The position numbers and the translations under genes are program-made. A stretch of 64,000 bases of DNA from Escherichia coli. Its GTDB lineage: Bacteria; Pseudomonadota; Gammaproteobacteria; Enterobacterales; Enterobacteriaceae. Location: the NCBI RefSeq assembly GCF_001677475.2, contig NZ_CP015229.1; one strand, written 5' to 3'. Shown here piece after piece: positions 19,905 to 33,733 of the stretch. The notes beneath the pieces are model-generated. The model had not been told where the DNA came from, searched no databases, and saw only the letters and a list, made by a program, of their open reading frames with translations. The first letter of the stretch is position 1, and every line of letters begins with the position of its first letter.

Positions 19905-20103
19905 GACAGTCTCCTTTTTCTGTATCGTGGAAATCATTTTCATTTTTATTGTTAGCTAATGCAATAGTTGCTGAACTGATCCGATGAGTTAATGTTGAAC
20001 AAATCTCATGTTGCGTGGTGGTCGCTTTTACCACAGATGCGTTTATGCCAGTATGGTTTGTTGAATTTTTATTAAATCTGGGTTGAGCGTGTCGGGAGCA
20101 AGT

Positions 20104-23787
<3,684 letters not shown>

Positions 23788-23818
23788 TTCACAAATCTGT
23801 CACTTTTCCTTACAACAA

Positions 23819-23850
23819 ACAGGGCGCTCAATGAGTGCCCTGTCTCTTTA
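23819..23850 (+). terminator. Rho-independent terminator after metH
   Basis: agggcgctcaatgagtgccct hairpin followed by gtctctttatt. Confidence 0.6.
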
Positions 23851-24006
23851 TTAATATGAAACACTTATACTGGAAACAGGCTGGAATAATCTTAGCCGGA
23901 AAAACGAATGTCAAAAGGCACAGTAAAGATGCCAGTCAGCGTGTTTCCGGTCCTTTGGTCATTCAATTGCTTCAGGAACATATAACGATAAGGAGAACCT
24001 GAACTC

Positions 24007-25638
24007 GTGTTAACGCTGCTTCACCTGCTTTCTGCCGTCGCCCTGCTGGTCTGGGGGACTCATATTGTTCGAACCGGCGTAATGCGCGTCTTCGGCGCGC
24101 GTTTGCGTACTGTCCTTAGCCGGAGCGTCGAAAAAAAGCCGCTCGCCTTTTGCGCGGGGATCGGCGTTACCGCACTGGTGCAGAGCAGTAATGCCACCAC
24201 CATGCTGGTGACCTCGTTCGTCGCTCAGGATCTGGTAGCCCTCGCACCGGCTCTGGTGATTGTGCTGGGTGCAGATGTCGGGACGGCGCTAATGGCGCGT
24301 ATTCTCACCTTCGACTTATCCTGGCTGTCACCATTACTTATTTTTATCGGCGTGATTTTTTTCCTCGGACGCAAACAGTCACGCGCCGGGCAACTGGGCC
24401 GCGTCGGTATTGGTCTTGGGCTGATTTTACTGGCGCTGGAGTTGATTGTGCAGGCCGTAACGCCGATCACTCAGGCAAACGGCGTTCAGGTGATCTTTGC
24501 CTCGCTGACTGGCGACATTTTGCTGGATGCGCTGATTGGTGCGATGTTCGCCATTATCAGCTACTCCAGCCTTGCTGCTGTACTGCTGACCGCGACTTTG
24601 ACCGCCGCAGGCATTATCTCTTTCCCAGTGGCGCTTTGTCTGGTGATTGGGGCAAACCTCGGTTCCGGCCTGCTGGCGATGCTCAACAACAGTGCCGCCA
24701 ATGCCGCAGCCCGCCGTGTCGCGCTGGGTAGTCTGCTGTTTAAGCTGGTGGGTAGCCTGATTATCCTGCCGTTTGTCCATTTGCTGGCAGAGACAATGGG
24801 GAAGTTGTCATTGCCAAAAGCGGAACTGGTGATCTATTTCCACGTCTTCTACAACCTTGTACGTTGCCTGGTCATGCTGCCATTTGTTGACCCGATGGCA
24901 CGGTTTTGCAAAACGATTATTCGCGATGAACCGGAACTGGATACCCAGCTACGGCCTAAACATCTGGATGTCAGCGCGCTGGATACGCCCACGCTTGCTC
25001 TGGCGAACGCCGCGCGCGAAACCCTGCGCATTGGCGACGCCATGGAACAGATGATGGAAGGGTTGAATAAAGTGATGCACGGCGAGCCACGGCAGGAGAA
25101 AGAGCTGCGTAAGCTGGCAGATGATATCAACGTTCTCTATACCGCCATTAAGCTGTATCTGGCGCGGATGCCAAAAGAAGAGCTGGCGGAGGAAGAGTCG
25201 CGCCGCTGGGCGGAGATCATCGAAATGTCGCTCAACCTTGAACAGGCCTCCGATATCGTCGAGCGCATGGGGAGTGAAATTGCCGACAAATCACTGGCAG
25301 CACGGCGGGCATTTTCGCTTGATGGGTTGAAGGAACTGGATGCGCTCTATGAGCAATTGCTCAGTAATTTAAAGCTGGCAATGTCGGTGTTCTTCTCTGG
25401 CGATGTCACCAGCGCTCGTCGTTTGCGCCGCAGCAAGCATCGCTTTCGCATTCTTAATCGCCGCTATTCCCACGCCCACGTCGATCGCCTGCATCAGCAA
25501 AACGTGCAAAGCATTGAAACCAGTTCGCTACATTTAGGCTTACTGGGAGATATGCAGCGTCTGAACTCGCTGTTTTGTTCGGTGGCTTACAGTGTGCTGG
25601 AACAGCCGGATGAAGATGAAGGACGGGACGAGTATTAA
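24007..25638 (+). CDS. yjbB: Na+/phosphate cotransporter family protein YjbB
   Basis: 543-aa ORF with GTG start; multi-pass membrane N-terminus plus PhoU-like C-terminal region. Confidence 0.88.
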   Translation: MLTLLHLLSAVALLVWGTHIVRTGVMRVFGARLRTVLSRSVEKKPLAFCAGIGVTALVQSSNATTMLVTSFVAQDLVALAPALVIVLGADVGTALMARILTFDLSWLSPLLIFIGVIFFLGRKQSRAGQLGRVGIGLGLILLALELIVQAVTPITQANGVQVIFASLTGDILLDALIGAMFAIISYSSLAAVLLTATLTAAGIISFPVALCLVIGANLGSGLLAMLNNSAANAAARRVALGSLLFKLVGSLIILPFVHLLAETMGKLSLPKAELVIYFHVFYNLVRCLVMLPFVDPMARFCKTIIRDEPELDTQLRPKHLDVSALDTPTLALANAARETLRIGDAMEQMMEGLNKVMHGEPRQEKELRKLADDINVLYTAIKLYLARMPKEELAEEESRRWAEIIEMSLNLEQASDIVERMGSEIADKSLAARRAFSLDGLKELDALYEQLLSNLKLAMSVFFSGDVTSARRLRRSKHRFRILNRRYSHAHVDRLHQQNVQSIETSSLHLGLLGDMQRLNSLFCSVAYSVLEQPDEDEGRDEY

Positions 25639-25651
25639 TATTGTGAATCCT

Positions 25652-25725
25652 GTAGGCCTGATAAGACGCGTCAAGCGTCGCATCAGGCACTATGAACAAG
25701 ATGCCGGATCATGCATCCGGCAATT
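25652..25725. repeat. REP element plus perfect hairpin between convergent yjbB and pepE
   Basis: taggcctgataagacgcgtcaagcgtcgcatcaggc (REP) and gccggatcatgcatccggc (palindrome). Confidence 0.7.
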
Positions 25726-25728
25726 CAC

Positions 25729-26418
25729 TTAAAAACGGTGACCTGCTTCCAGCGGCACCGCTTCTTCACCAGCTTTAAACACATAAGTGGTGTTCGGGCC
25801 ACCCAGCGTAGCGTGACCTTTACTCACCGTGATCCAGTTACCTTCCGGTAGACCAATAATTGTGAGTTCTGGCGCGACGACCAGCAGTTCGCGAATACGC
25901 TGCTCACGGGTTTCACCTTTATGGCCTTCCGGCAGCGCGTTGGTGAAGTGCGGGTTGATTTGCAGCGGGAACAGATTCAGCGCATCGAAACCTTGCGGAT
26001 CGACAATCGGCATATCGTTGGTGGTACGAATGGTTGGGCAAGCAAGGTTAGCGCCTGCGCTCCAGCCAACATACAGCGCGCCACGTTTAACCACGTCAGT
26101 AATTGGTGCCAGCAGCCCGCGCTCGCGGCACTGTTTCAGCAACTGGAAAGTATTACCGCCGCCGACAATCACGATCTCAGCATTTTCAATCGCGGCAACG
26201 GGATCGACAACGCTATGAATACCGGTGACAGAAACACCCAGCGGAGCGAGAACCGCAGCCGTTTTCGCTGTGTAATCATCCCAGGTCTGCGTTACGCCCG
26301 CGAAAGGAATAAATACCGCTGAACGGCGACCCTGCAACTGTTCAGCAATTAGCGGCAGTGCATGTTCCAGCCAGGCTTTACCCGGCAGCGTCGAGTTACT
26401 CAATAAAAGCAGTTCCAT
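25729..26418 (-). CDS. pepE: Peptidase E (alpha-aspartyl dipeptidase)
   Basis: 229-aa ORF recognised as PepE. Confidence 0.93.
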   Translation of the reverse strand: MELLLLSNSTLPGKAWLEHALPLIAEQLQGRRSAVFIPFAGVTQTWDDYTAKTAAVLAPLGVSVTGIHSVVDPVAAIENAEIVIVGGGNTFQLLKQCRERGLLAPITDVVKRGALYVGWSAGANLACPTIRTTNDMPIVDPQGFDALNLFPLQINPHFTNALPEGHKGETREQRIRELLVVAPELTIIGLPEGNWITVSKGHATLGGPNTTYVFKAGEEAVPLEAGHRF

Positions 26419-26540
26419 TACTTCTCCGGTTAGTAAGAAATCACGGAAGGAATGCTACCACTGCGAATTTAACCACTTACTGACATGGCTCACGATGTCA
26501 CGTATTGCACCGGGCGCTGAGACTGATGACAAACACAGCA

Positions 26541-26642
26541 TTGCCTGATGCGCTACGCTTACCAGGCCTACCAGATAACTGCAATATATTGAATTTTCGA
26601 GATTATGTATGCCGAATAAGGCTTCATTCCGCATCCGGCATA
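26541..26642. repeat. Pair of REP elements (BIME-like) in the pepE-sorE junction
   Basis: ttgcctgatgcgctacgcttaccaggcctac and atgccgaataaggcttcattccgcatccggcat, both REP-type palindromic units. Confidence 0.7.
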
Positions 26643-26799
26643 AACAATGTGCACTTTGCCACCAATTTGAGCGCCCCTTAAGGCGCTGATGTTTTTTATC
26701 CTTCTCGTGCAAATTGTGCTGCTTCAGCAATCAGCCGCACATCAGGTCGCGAAGTTGCCGCGGCGACCAGCCAGCGACATGCAGAGTTAAGTAGCGCGA

Positions 26800-28029
26800 T
26801 TAATCATGGGAAATTGCCTCTGCATGGGCGAGCAGGTATTGCTCCGCCTCACCGGACCAGATCCCCTGATGACGCGCCAGAATCGCCGCCAGTGCTTGAT
26901 CCTGAATCTGCGTGAGTGACGTCAGCGGCAGGTATTTCCCGGTATACACCAGCTTTTTGCCGCCGCCGACGGCAGGCAATTCAAGCGTGGTTTCGCCCGC
27001 GGCATTCAGCCCAAGAATATGTGTTACCACTTTTGCGGCCTGCACTTTTTTCTCTTCAATCAATTTGACCGCTGCGCGCATGTCGTCGGTATTGCCGCCT
27101 GACGTGCCCACGTAGTGGGTAAATGCATAATGCACATCGTAGAAATTAATTGGCGCGCTGAAATGTTTATCCTGCGGTCCGGCGAAGAAATTCAGGCAAC
27201 CATCCGTCGCCAGCAAGGAAGAGGCGAGAGTCACCAGTCCTTCATTAGGCACAAAGACGAAAATATCATCGAAGCCGTGACCGCCACTCAGCGCCATTAA
27301 CGTATCAAATGCTGCATCGGTGGCATTGAGATAATGAATCAGTGTTTGCGGTTCTGATGGATAGTGCTTCCGCGCATAACTCAATTTATCGTTGTCGGTA
27401 TCGGTAATGACGAGCAGCGACGGGTTAACGGGTCCATGTAGCGCATAATCAATCGCCAACAGTCCCATTGGTCCGGTGCCGCCGAGGATCAGCGTGCGCC
27501 CTTGCGGGCGAATCCCCATCGTGTGGTTATAACTACCTTCCTGAAGATGATAGTTGGCGTTGAACGCGCCAATCACGCAGGAAAGCGGTTCAACCAGCGA
27601 GCCTTCAAAATAGGTTTCGCCGTCGTATGCCAGCAGGCAATCTTGTTCCATGACCTCGTTGGGAATAACTACATGCGTGGCTTCGCCGCCTACCCACGGG
27701 AAGGAGTAGCCGGGGCAGTCCGGGCGGTCGGGGAGTTGCAGGTTGGCCTGAATCACATAACGCTGACCCGGCTGGAATTTGTGCTGCCACTTTTTACCCA
27801 CGGCCAGAATATCGCCGCAAAACTCGTGGCCGATGATGATTGGGTTGGTCGCCACATCGTCGGGTACTTTTTTATGGTTTTCACCCAGATTGGCCTCTTT
27901 CCAGGAAGAGAGGCACAGGCTGTCAGTGACCACCGTCGCGAGGATTTCATCCTCCTGCATTTCAGGAAGATCAAAGGTTTCCAGGCGTAAATCACGTTTA
28001 CCATAAAGACGCAGAGCTGTTGTTTTCAT
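26800..28029 (-). CDS. sorE: L-sorbose-1-phosphate reductase (zinc-dependent alcohol dehydrogenase family)
   Basis: ORF 26800..28041; start set at second ATG (MKTTALRLYG), which has a GAGGTG Shine-Dalgarno; last gene of sor operon. Confidence 0.85.
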   Translation of the reverse strand: MKTTALRLYGKRDLRLETFDLPEMQEDEILATVVTDSLCLSSWKEANLGENHKKVPDDVATNPIIIGHEFCGDILAVGKKWQHKFQPGQRYVIQANLQLPDRPDCPGYSFPWVGGEATHVVIPNEVMEQDCLLAYDGETYFEGSLVEPLSCVIGAFNANYHLQEGSYNHTMGIRPQGRTLILGGTGPMGLLAIDYALHGPVNPSLLVITDTDNDKLSYARKHYPSEPQTLIHYLNATDAAFDTLMALSGGHGFDDIFVFVPNEGLVTLASSLLATDGCLNFFAGPQDKHFSAPINFYDVHYAFTHYVGTSGGNTDDMRAAVKLIEEKKVQAAKVVTHILGLNAAGETTLELPAVGGGKKLVYTGKYLPLTSLTQIQDQALAAILARHQGIWSGEAEQYLLAHAEAISHD

Positions 28030-28080
28030 AAACCACCTCATGTTGAGCTATGGCCCCGGCAGTCGTGCCGGGGCGAAGAA

Positions 28081-28905
28081 TCAGGACAGGAAGCCCAGCG
28101 CATTGCCGATAATCCCTAAGCCAAACAGGGCGAAAATCAGCCATACCGGGTTAATTTTTTTGTTAAGCAGACGAACCATCAGTAGCGTCAGACCGAGCGC
28201 CAGCAAACCAGGGCAAAGTTGGTCGAGAATGTTCTGCACGGTCATGGTGACGGTGGAGCCATCGGCGGCATGCGTTTGTGAAACCACCAACGGTACGTTG
28301 ATTGACGTCCATTTGGTGACCAGCACGCCCATCACAAACAGTCCGAGAATCGACGCGCCTTCGGTGAGTTTTTGCAGCACATTCCCGCCCATATCGCTGA
28401 CGATATTCACCCCTTTGCGAAAGCCGAGCTGTAGGCCATACCACTTCATCGCCAGACGCACCGCATTGAAAATAAAGAAAAACAAAAGCGGGCCGAGGAT
28501 GTTGCCCGAAAGTGCCAGAGATGCGCCGAGCGCAGCGGTAATCGGGCGCAGCGTTCCCCAGACCAGTGGATCGCCAACTCCTGCCAATGGTCCCATCAGA
28601 CCGACTTTGATGCCGTTAATGGTACCGTCATCAATTTCCGCGCCGTTGGCCCGCGCCTCTTCCATGGCGGCAGTGACGCCGATGACCGGGCCACATACGG
28701 CTGGCGTGGTATTGAAGAACACCAGGTGTCGCCTGAGCGCCGCAACCTGATCCTCTTTTAATGGGTAAAGTCGCTTGATGGCGGGGATCATGTCGTAGCA
28801 AAAAACCAGCCCGTGAATACGTTCAAAGTTAAAGGACGCCTGTTGCAGGTTGGAGCGCAGAAACATGCTCACCAGATCGCTGCGTGTAATTTTTCTCTGT
28901 TCCAT
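28081..28905 (-). CDS. sorM: PTS sorbose-specific EIID component (mannose family)
   Basis: ORF track begins at a TTG (28935); first ATG at 28905 (MEQRKITRSDL) has a GGAG Shine-Dalgarno and lies 10 nt after the sorA stop; ManZ-like membrane protein. Confidence 0.85.
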   Translation of the reverse strand: MEQRKITRSDLVSMFLRSNLQQASFNFERIHGLVFCYDMIPAIKRLYPLKEDQVAALRRHLVFFNTTPAVCGPVIGVTAAMEEARANGAEIDDGTINGIKVGLMGPLAGVGDPLVWGTLRPITAALGASLALSGNILGPLLFFFIFNAVRLAMKWYGLQLGFRKGVNIVSDMGGNVLQKLTEGASILGLFVMGVLVTKWTSINVPLVVSQTHAADGSTVTMTVQNILDQLCPGLLALGLTLLMVRLLNKKINPVWLIFALFGLGIIGNALGFLS

Positions 28906-28915
28906 GATGGCTCCG

Positions 28916-29713
28916 TTAATCGTCAAGTTGGTCAAGGGCGGTGGAGGCGGTGGCCTGGAGTTGAGGTTCAGCTTTACGCCACTGTGGATTTAGCTGGATG
29001 TAGACCAGGGCCATGATCACGCCGACGCCACCGAACGCCAGCAGACTGAGATCGAGGTAGCCACCTGCGAGGAAACCGAGGAAAAAGAAAGGCATCAAAT
29101 ATTTCACGCCCATCATACGTAGCACCATGGCGTAACCGACCACCACGATAAAACCGCCAGCAATTTGCAGACCTCGGGTCACAAATTCGGGAATGGCGTT
29201 TAACATATTGCTGACCATATCGGCGCTGACGAACAGCGAGACAATCAGTGCCGGAATGGCGACGCGCAGCGCCTGCACGCCAAGCGCGGAGACATGCAGA
29301 ATATCGAGAGTGCGAAACCGCGCCTCTTCTGCTGCTTTATCCGCCGCGTGCTGGAACACTACGGTGATGGTACGGGCAAACACAGTCAGCACCTGGCCTG
29401 CCGCAGCCACAGGCAACGCGATGGCGATTCCGGTGGCGATGCTTTGCTGACCAACGATAACCAGAATGGCGGAGATTATGCTGGCGAGTGCAGAATCTGG
29501 AGATTGCGCCGCGCCGACGTTCATCCAGCCGAGAGCTATCAATTCCAGCGTACCGCCGAGTATTATTCCGGTTTTTAAATCACCGAGAATTAAACCAATC
29601 ACCGTACAGGCAATTAACGGGCGATGAGTCTGAAATTCATCCAGCACGCTGCCCATTCCGGCAATACAGGAAAAAAGAAATATAGCAATAATTTGTAGGG
29701 TACTTATTTCCAT
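28916..29713 (-). CDS. sorA: PTS sorbose-specific EIIC component (mannose family)
   Basis: 265-aa polytopic membrane ORF, ManY-like. Confidence 0.88.
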   Translation of the reverse strand: MEISTLQIIAIFLFSCIAGMGSVLDEFQTHRPLIACTVIGLILGDLKTGIILGGTLELIALGWMNVGAAQSPDSALASIISAILVIVGQQSIATGIAIALPVAAAGQVLTVFARTITVVFQHAADKAAEEARFRTLDILHVSALGVQALRVAIPALIVSLFVSADMVSNMLNAIPEFVTRGLQIAGGFIVVVGYAMVLRMMGVKYLMPFFFLGFLAGGYLDLSLLAFGGVGVIMALVYIQLNPQWRKAEPQLQATASTALDQLDD

Positions 29714-29778
29714 GATTTGTCACCTTTTAAGTGTCGTCATCCCTGCCTGTTAAAGCATATGTACACAGGCGCTATTAT

Positions 29779-30273
29779 TTAATTTGCGATTAACTGTTCG
29801 TTTATTTTGTCGATAATATTGATTGAGGGATCTGACGCTACGACGCGTAAATCCAGTATGACGCCAAGATTATTTAACTCATGAAATGCGTTAATATCAT
29901 CATCATCTAATGAAACCGCTTTGGTTAACTGTTTTTTACCGGGCCGCCAGGCCATGCCGCCAATATTCAGGGTGTCTATTTTTACCCCCTGGCGAACCAT
30001 CGCTAAGGCATCCTGTGGGCGAGTGAAAAGATAAAAAACGGTTTCGTCCTGATATTGCGGGTTGTGATAAACCGCGACGGCTTTTTCAATATTGACCACG
30101 TTAACCTTCATTCCCGGTGGCGCAGCCTGACGCAATAATGTCCGGCGCACTTCATCGTTATAAACTTCGTCATTGCAGATAATAATGCGCTGGGCGTTAG
30201 CCACTTTCGACCAGACGGTAGTGACCTGGCCGTGGATCAGGCGGTCATCAATGCGGGCGAGCGTAATGTTCAT
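29779..30273 (-). CDS. sorB: PTS sorbose-specific EIIB component (mannose family)
   Basis: 164-aa ORF with N-terminal LARIDDRLIHGQV motif (phosphorylatable His of mannose-family EIIB). Confidence 0.88.
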   Translation of the reverse strand: MNITLARIDDRLIHGQVTTVWSKVANAQRIIICNDEVYNDEVRRTLLRQAAPPGMKVNVVNIEKAVAVYHNPQYQDETVFYLFTRPQDALAMVRQGVKIDTLNIGGMAWRPGKKQLTKAVSLDDDDINAFHELNNLGVILDLRVVASDPSINIIDKINEQLIAN

Positions 30274-30680
30274 CAGAAATCCTCCTCTGCTGTTGCCACC
30301 TGTCTCCAGACGACGCAGGTTTGCTTTGCGATTTGCGTCAGGTGTTCACACAGTTCATCAACATTCATGCTGTCCTGGTTATCAACCAGTTCGAGCGCCA
30401 GCGGCAGAGAAAGGCCGCTGATTACCCGCAGACGAGGATTGCGCATCGCAAGCATCGCTGCCGCATTCCACGGGCTGCCGCACTGTAAATCCACGGCGAT
30501 TAGCCACTCGTCATGATTGTGAATGCTCACTAACTTCTCCAGCTTTGCCACAATGTCTCCGGCGTTCTCGCCGGGCACAAATTCAACGGCTTCAACATTG
30601 GCGTTGCCGTAAACCATCTGAACCGATTCCAGCATGGCGCAAGCTAATTTGCCGTGGGCACAAAAAATGGCGTTGACCAT
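30273..30680 (-). CDS. sorF: PTS sorbose-specific EIIA component (mannose family)
   Basis: 135-aa ORF, mannose-family EIIA-like (MVNAIFCAHGKLA); stop overlaps the sorB start. Confidence 0.85.
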   Translation of the reverse strand: MVNAIFCAHGKLACAMLESVQMVYGNANVEAVEFVPGENAGDIVAKLEKLVSIHNHDEWLIAVDLQCGSPWNAAAMLAMRNPRLRVISGLSLPLALELVDNQDSMNVDELCEHLTQIAKQTCVVWRQVATAEEDF

Positions 30681-30689
30681 AAAGCCTCC

Positions 30690-31496
30690 TTATCCGCGTG
30701 TTTTGCCGCCCGCAATGTTAGTGGTTACTCCGGTGATGTAGCTGGCGCGTTCAGACAGCAGATAACAAACAAAATCAGCGACTTCTGCTAATCTTCCGGC
30801 GCGCCCAATAGGAATGGCGTTTTTGGTATAGCCTTCACGCAGCTGCTCGACGGTGATATTGCGCGTCCACGCCAGCGCTTCTTCATATTCCGGCGTGCGC
30901 AGTCCTGTTTTTTCCAGAATCCCCGGCGCGATACCGACCACACGGATACCGTGCTTACCCAGCTCTTTCGACCAGGAACGAGTGAAGCTATTGAGCGCAG
31001 CTTTAGTGGCGGCGTAGCAGCTCTGGCCTTCTGAGCCTTCCAGCCCACTTTCTGAGGAAACATTCACAATCACGCCATCGTGTTGTTTGACCATCTGTCG
31101 CGCCACCGCCTGCGACATCAGAAAAACGCCTTTCTGGTTGATATTGACCATTTTTTCGAATGCAGCTTCGTTGAGTTCATACTGCCCGGCAGGCGCTTTC
31201 TCATCGACCAGCAGACGCGGGAAATTGACCCCGGCGTTATTGACCAGACCGTCGATGCGATCAAAACGCTGGATAATTTCCGCTACCGTATGATTTACCT
31301 CTTTGGCGCTGGAAATATCGGTCGGCCAAAACTGATAGCCTTTATGACCTTCATATTGTCCATCGCCACCGTGAATATCGACCATCTGTACATTCGCGCC
31401 TTGTGCTAATAATTCCTCTACAATCGCCAGACCAATACCGGATGCGCCGCCGGTGACGATAATGATTTTATCCTGCAAATTTAACCACGTTTGCAT
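30690..31496 (-). CDS. sorD: Sorbitol-6-phosphate (D-glucitol-6-P) dehydrogenase, short-chain dehydrogenase/reductase
   Basis: 268-aa ORF with TGGASGIG Rossmann motif and YxxxK catalytic motif. Confidence 0.85.
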   Translation of the reverse strand: MQTWLNLQDKIIIVTGGASGIGLAIVEELLAQGANVQMVDIHGGDGQYEGHKGYQFWPTDISSAKEVNHTVAEIIQRFDRIDGLVNNAGVNFPRLLVDEKAPAGQYELNEAAFEKMVNINQKGVFLMSQAVARQMVKQHDGVIVNVSSESGLEGSEGQSCYAATKAALNSFTRSWSKELGKHGIRVVGIAPGILEKTGLRTPEYEEALAWTRNITVEQLREGYTKNAIPIGRAGRLAEVADFVCYLLSERASYITGVTTNIAGGKTRG

Positions 31497-31565
31497 AACA
31501 GACTCCTGATTTTAGATAATAGGGACCCGCCGTAATTTTTATTACGGTAAACATCGGGAAGATTT

Positions 31566-32516
31566 TTATTTCAGTAATAGTTCAGCTGTGCTGCTATTCG
31601 TTACCAGACAATTAATATATTTTCCACGCAGTGCACCAACAATTCCGCTGTATTTTTCTTCACTCATGGCAATGCCAATGGAATATCGTGCCTGCTTTAA
31701 TTTATTCATTTCGATAGAGAGTGTTTTTTCGCTCATATTCGTTTCAACCATTGCGCCGTGAATATCAAAAAAGCGCGAGCAAATATCGCCAGCAACCTGG
31801 CGGGCATTCAGGTCGTCACTCTCTTCACCACCATAAAACGCATGCCAGTTAGCGCCGTCGCGAATGGCCGGTGAGCCAATTCCCACCAGGGCGACATCCA
31901 GATTATCCCAGTAGGCAGAGATGGTTTTAAAGTGCTGAGACTGCATGATCCCATTACGAATTAATGGGTTATCCAGCAGAGCCGGAAAATCCGCGAGATG
32001 CGATTCCCCTTTCAGCTTCGCTGCCGCGCTGTAGGTTAATGTGTTTACATGATAGCGGCTTTCGAGTTTACCGGACGGTCCGCCAATAATTGGTACGCAG
32101 ATTAACTGCCGCGATTGCCCCGCCTGCGGTAAGTTTTCAACCAGTGCGCTCACCGCGCGACCCCAGGAAAAACCGACAATATCGCCAGGCTCCAGCAAGC
32201 GATCCAGCAGTTGCGCGCCGTGTAACCCCATCATCGCCAGTTGAGTCTCTTCATCCTCATCATTTCCCGACACCACCACAACGTCTTTCAGGCCAAACTT
32301 TTGCTTCAGTTGCTGCTCCAGCCAGAGATTTTCGTTGTAGTCATAGTTGATGGCGATGGTGACAATTCCCTGATCGCGGCCTCGTTTAAGCAAGCGGCTG
32401 ATGGTGGTGCGGTAAATACCCAGTTCGCGCGCAATTTGCGCCTGCGTCATATCCTGTTCGTAATAGAGTTGGGCAATCTTCACAATCAAACGGATATCGT
32501 CACTGTTTTCCATTGC
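31566..32516 (-). CDS. sorC: SorC-family transcriptional regulator of the sorbose operon
   Basis: ORF 31566..32597; start set at internal ATG (MENSDDIRLIVKIAQLYY), preceded by an AGGAGG Shine-Dalgarno; N-terminal HTH plus sugar-binding domain. Confidence 0.85.
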   Translation of the reverse strand, partial: AMENSDDIRLIVKIAQLYYEQDMTQAQIARELGIYRTTISRLLKRGRDQGIVTIAINYDYNENLWLEQQLKQKFGLKDVVVVSGNDEDEETQLAMMGLHGAQLLDRLLEPGDIVGFSWGRAVSALVENLPQAGQSRQLICVPIIGGPSGKLESRYHVNTLTYSAAAKLKGESHLADFPALLDNPLIRNGIMQSQHFKTISAYWDNLDVALVGIGSPAIRDGANWHAFYGGEESDDLNARQVAGDICSRFFDIHGAMVETNMSEKTLSIEMNKLKQARYSIGIAMSEEKYSGIVGALRGKYINCLVTNSSTAELLLK

Positions 32517-32529
32517 CGCCTCCTGGTTC

Positions 32530-32543
32530 TGCACATTTGTGCA
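32530..32543. promoter_or_regulatory. Palindromic operator-like site in the sorC 5' leader
   Basis: tgcacatttgtgca, a perfect 6-bp inverted repeat around a central tt, just upstream of the sorC ribosome-binding site; related copy tgcacatttgt at 32642-32652. Confidence 0.4.
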
Positions 32544-32860
32544 AATACGCTTTCTCACCGCTTGATCTGATATAACCCCATCATGATGGCCTTTCAAAGC
32601 GATTTTTCACTCTTTGCATGGGGAGAAATAGCGCTTTCTCTTGCACATTTGTTTCTCTGCGTAGTAGTCATCAGCACAGGTGTGCAGCGATTCGTAATAT
32701 GTTGATTATCTTTATTTTGCCAGGCAAATTTGCATCGTACTTCCGGAGACACTTTTGTGATAAAAGGCGTGGCAGATCACATTTAATTTCGACGTTGCCG
32801 CATAACCCTGTTTTTCCCCGCTAAGAGGTACGGTATATTCCGCGTTTTACAGGAGAATTT

Positions 32861-33733
32861 ATGCTGCCCGACTCATCAGTCCGTTTAAATAAATACATCA
32901 GCGAAAGCGGAATTTGCTCACGCCGCGAAGCGGATCGCTATATCGAGCAAGGCAATGTGTTCCTTAATGGCAAGCGAGCCACCATTGGCGATCAGGTGAA
33001 ACCCGGCGACGTTGTGAAAGTAAACGGTCAGTTGATTGAGCCTCGGGAAGCCGAAGATTTGGTACTTATCGCCCTGAACAAGCCCGTCGGTATTGTCAGC
33101 ACCACCGAAGATGGCGAGCGCGATAACATTGTCGATTTCGTTAACCACAGCAAACGCGTGTTCCCGATTGGCCGCCTGGATAAAGACTCCCAGGGGCTGA
33201 TTTTCCTCACCAATCACGGCGATCTGGTGAATAAGATCCTCCGTGCGGGTAACGATCATGAGAAAGAGTATCTGGTGACGGTCGATAAACCGATTACCGA
33301 TGAATTTATTCGTGGTATGGGGGCGGGGGTGCCAATCCTCGGGACAGTGACTAAAAAGTGTAAAGTCAAAAAAGAAGCGCCGTTTGTCTTCCGCATTACC
33401 CTGGTGCAGGGGCTGAACCGTCAGATCCGTCGCATGTGCGAACACTTTGGTTACGAAGTGAAAAAGCTGGAACGTACGCGCATTATGAACGTCAGTTTAA
33501 GCGGCATTCCACTGGGTGAGTGGCGCGATTTAACTGACGATGAGTTAATCGACCTGTTTAAACTCATCGAAAATTCCTCTTCCGAGGCAAAACCTAAAGC
33601 GAAGGCCAAGCCGAAAACGGTAGGCATCAAACGTCCAGTCGTTAAGATGGAAAAAACGGCGGAAAAAGGCGGTCGCCCGGCAACCAACGGTAAGCGTTTT
33701 ACCTCGCCGGGGCGTAAAAAGAAGGGGCGCTGA
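32861..33733 (+). CDS. rluF: 23S rRNA pseudouridine synthase F
   Basis: 290-aa ORF with S4 domain and RluA/RsuA-type catalytic region (RLDKDSQGL); lysine-rich C-terminal tail. Confidence 0.92.
   Translation: MLPDSSVRLNKYISESGICSRREADRYIEQGNVFLNGKRATIGDQVKPGDVVKVNGQLIEPREAEDLVLIALNKPVGIVSTTEDGERDNIVDFVNHSKRVFPIGRLDKDSQGLIFLTNHGDLVNKILRAGNDHEKEYLVTVDKPITDEFIRGMGAGVPILGTVTKKCKVKKEAPFVFRITLVQGLNRQIRRMCEHFGYEVKKLERTRIMNVSLSGIPLGEWRDLTDDELIDLFKLIENSSSEAKPKAKAKPKTVGIKRPVVKMEKTAEKGGRPATNGKRFTSPGRKKKGR

Noticed and set aside
26455-26730. 91-aa ORF in the pepE-sorE junction
   Set aside because: Spans two REP palindromes, with no ribosome-binding site; REP sequences commonly generate spurious ORFs.
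32618-32824. 68-aa ORF in the sorC-rluF intergenic region
   Set aside because: Sits in the divergent promoter region overlapping the candidate operator repeats; no ribosome-binding site; likely non-coding.
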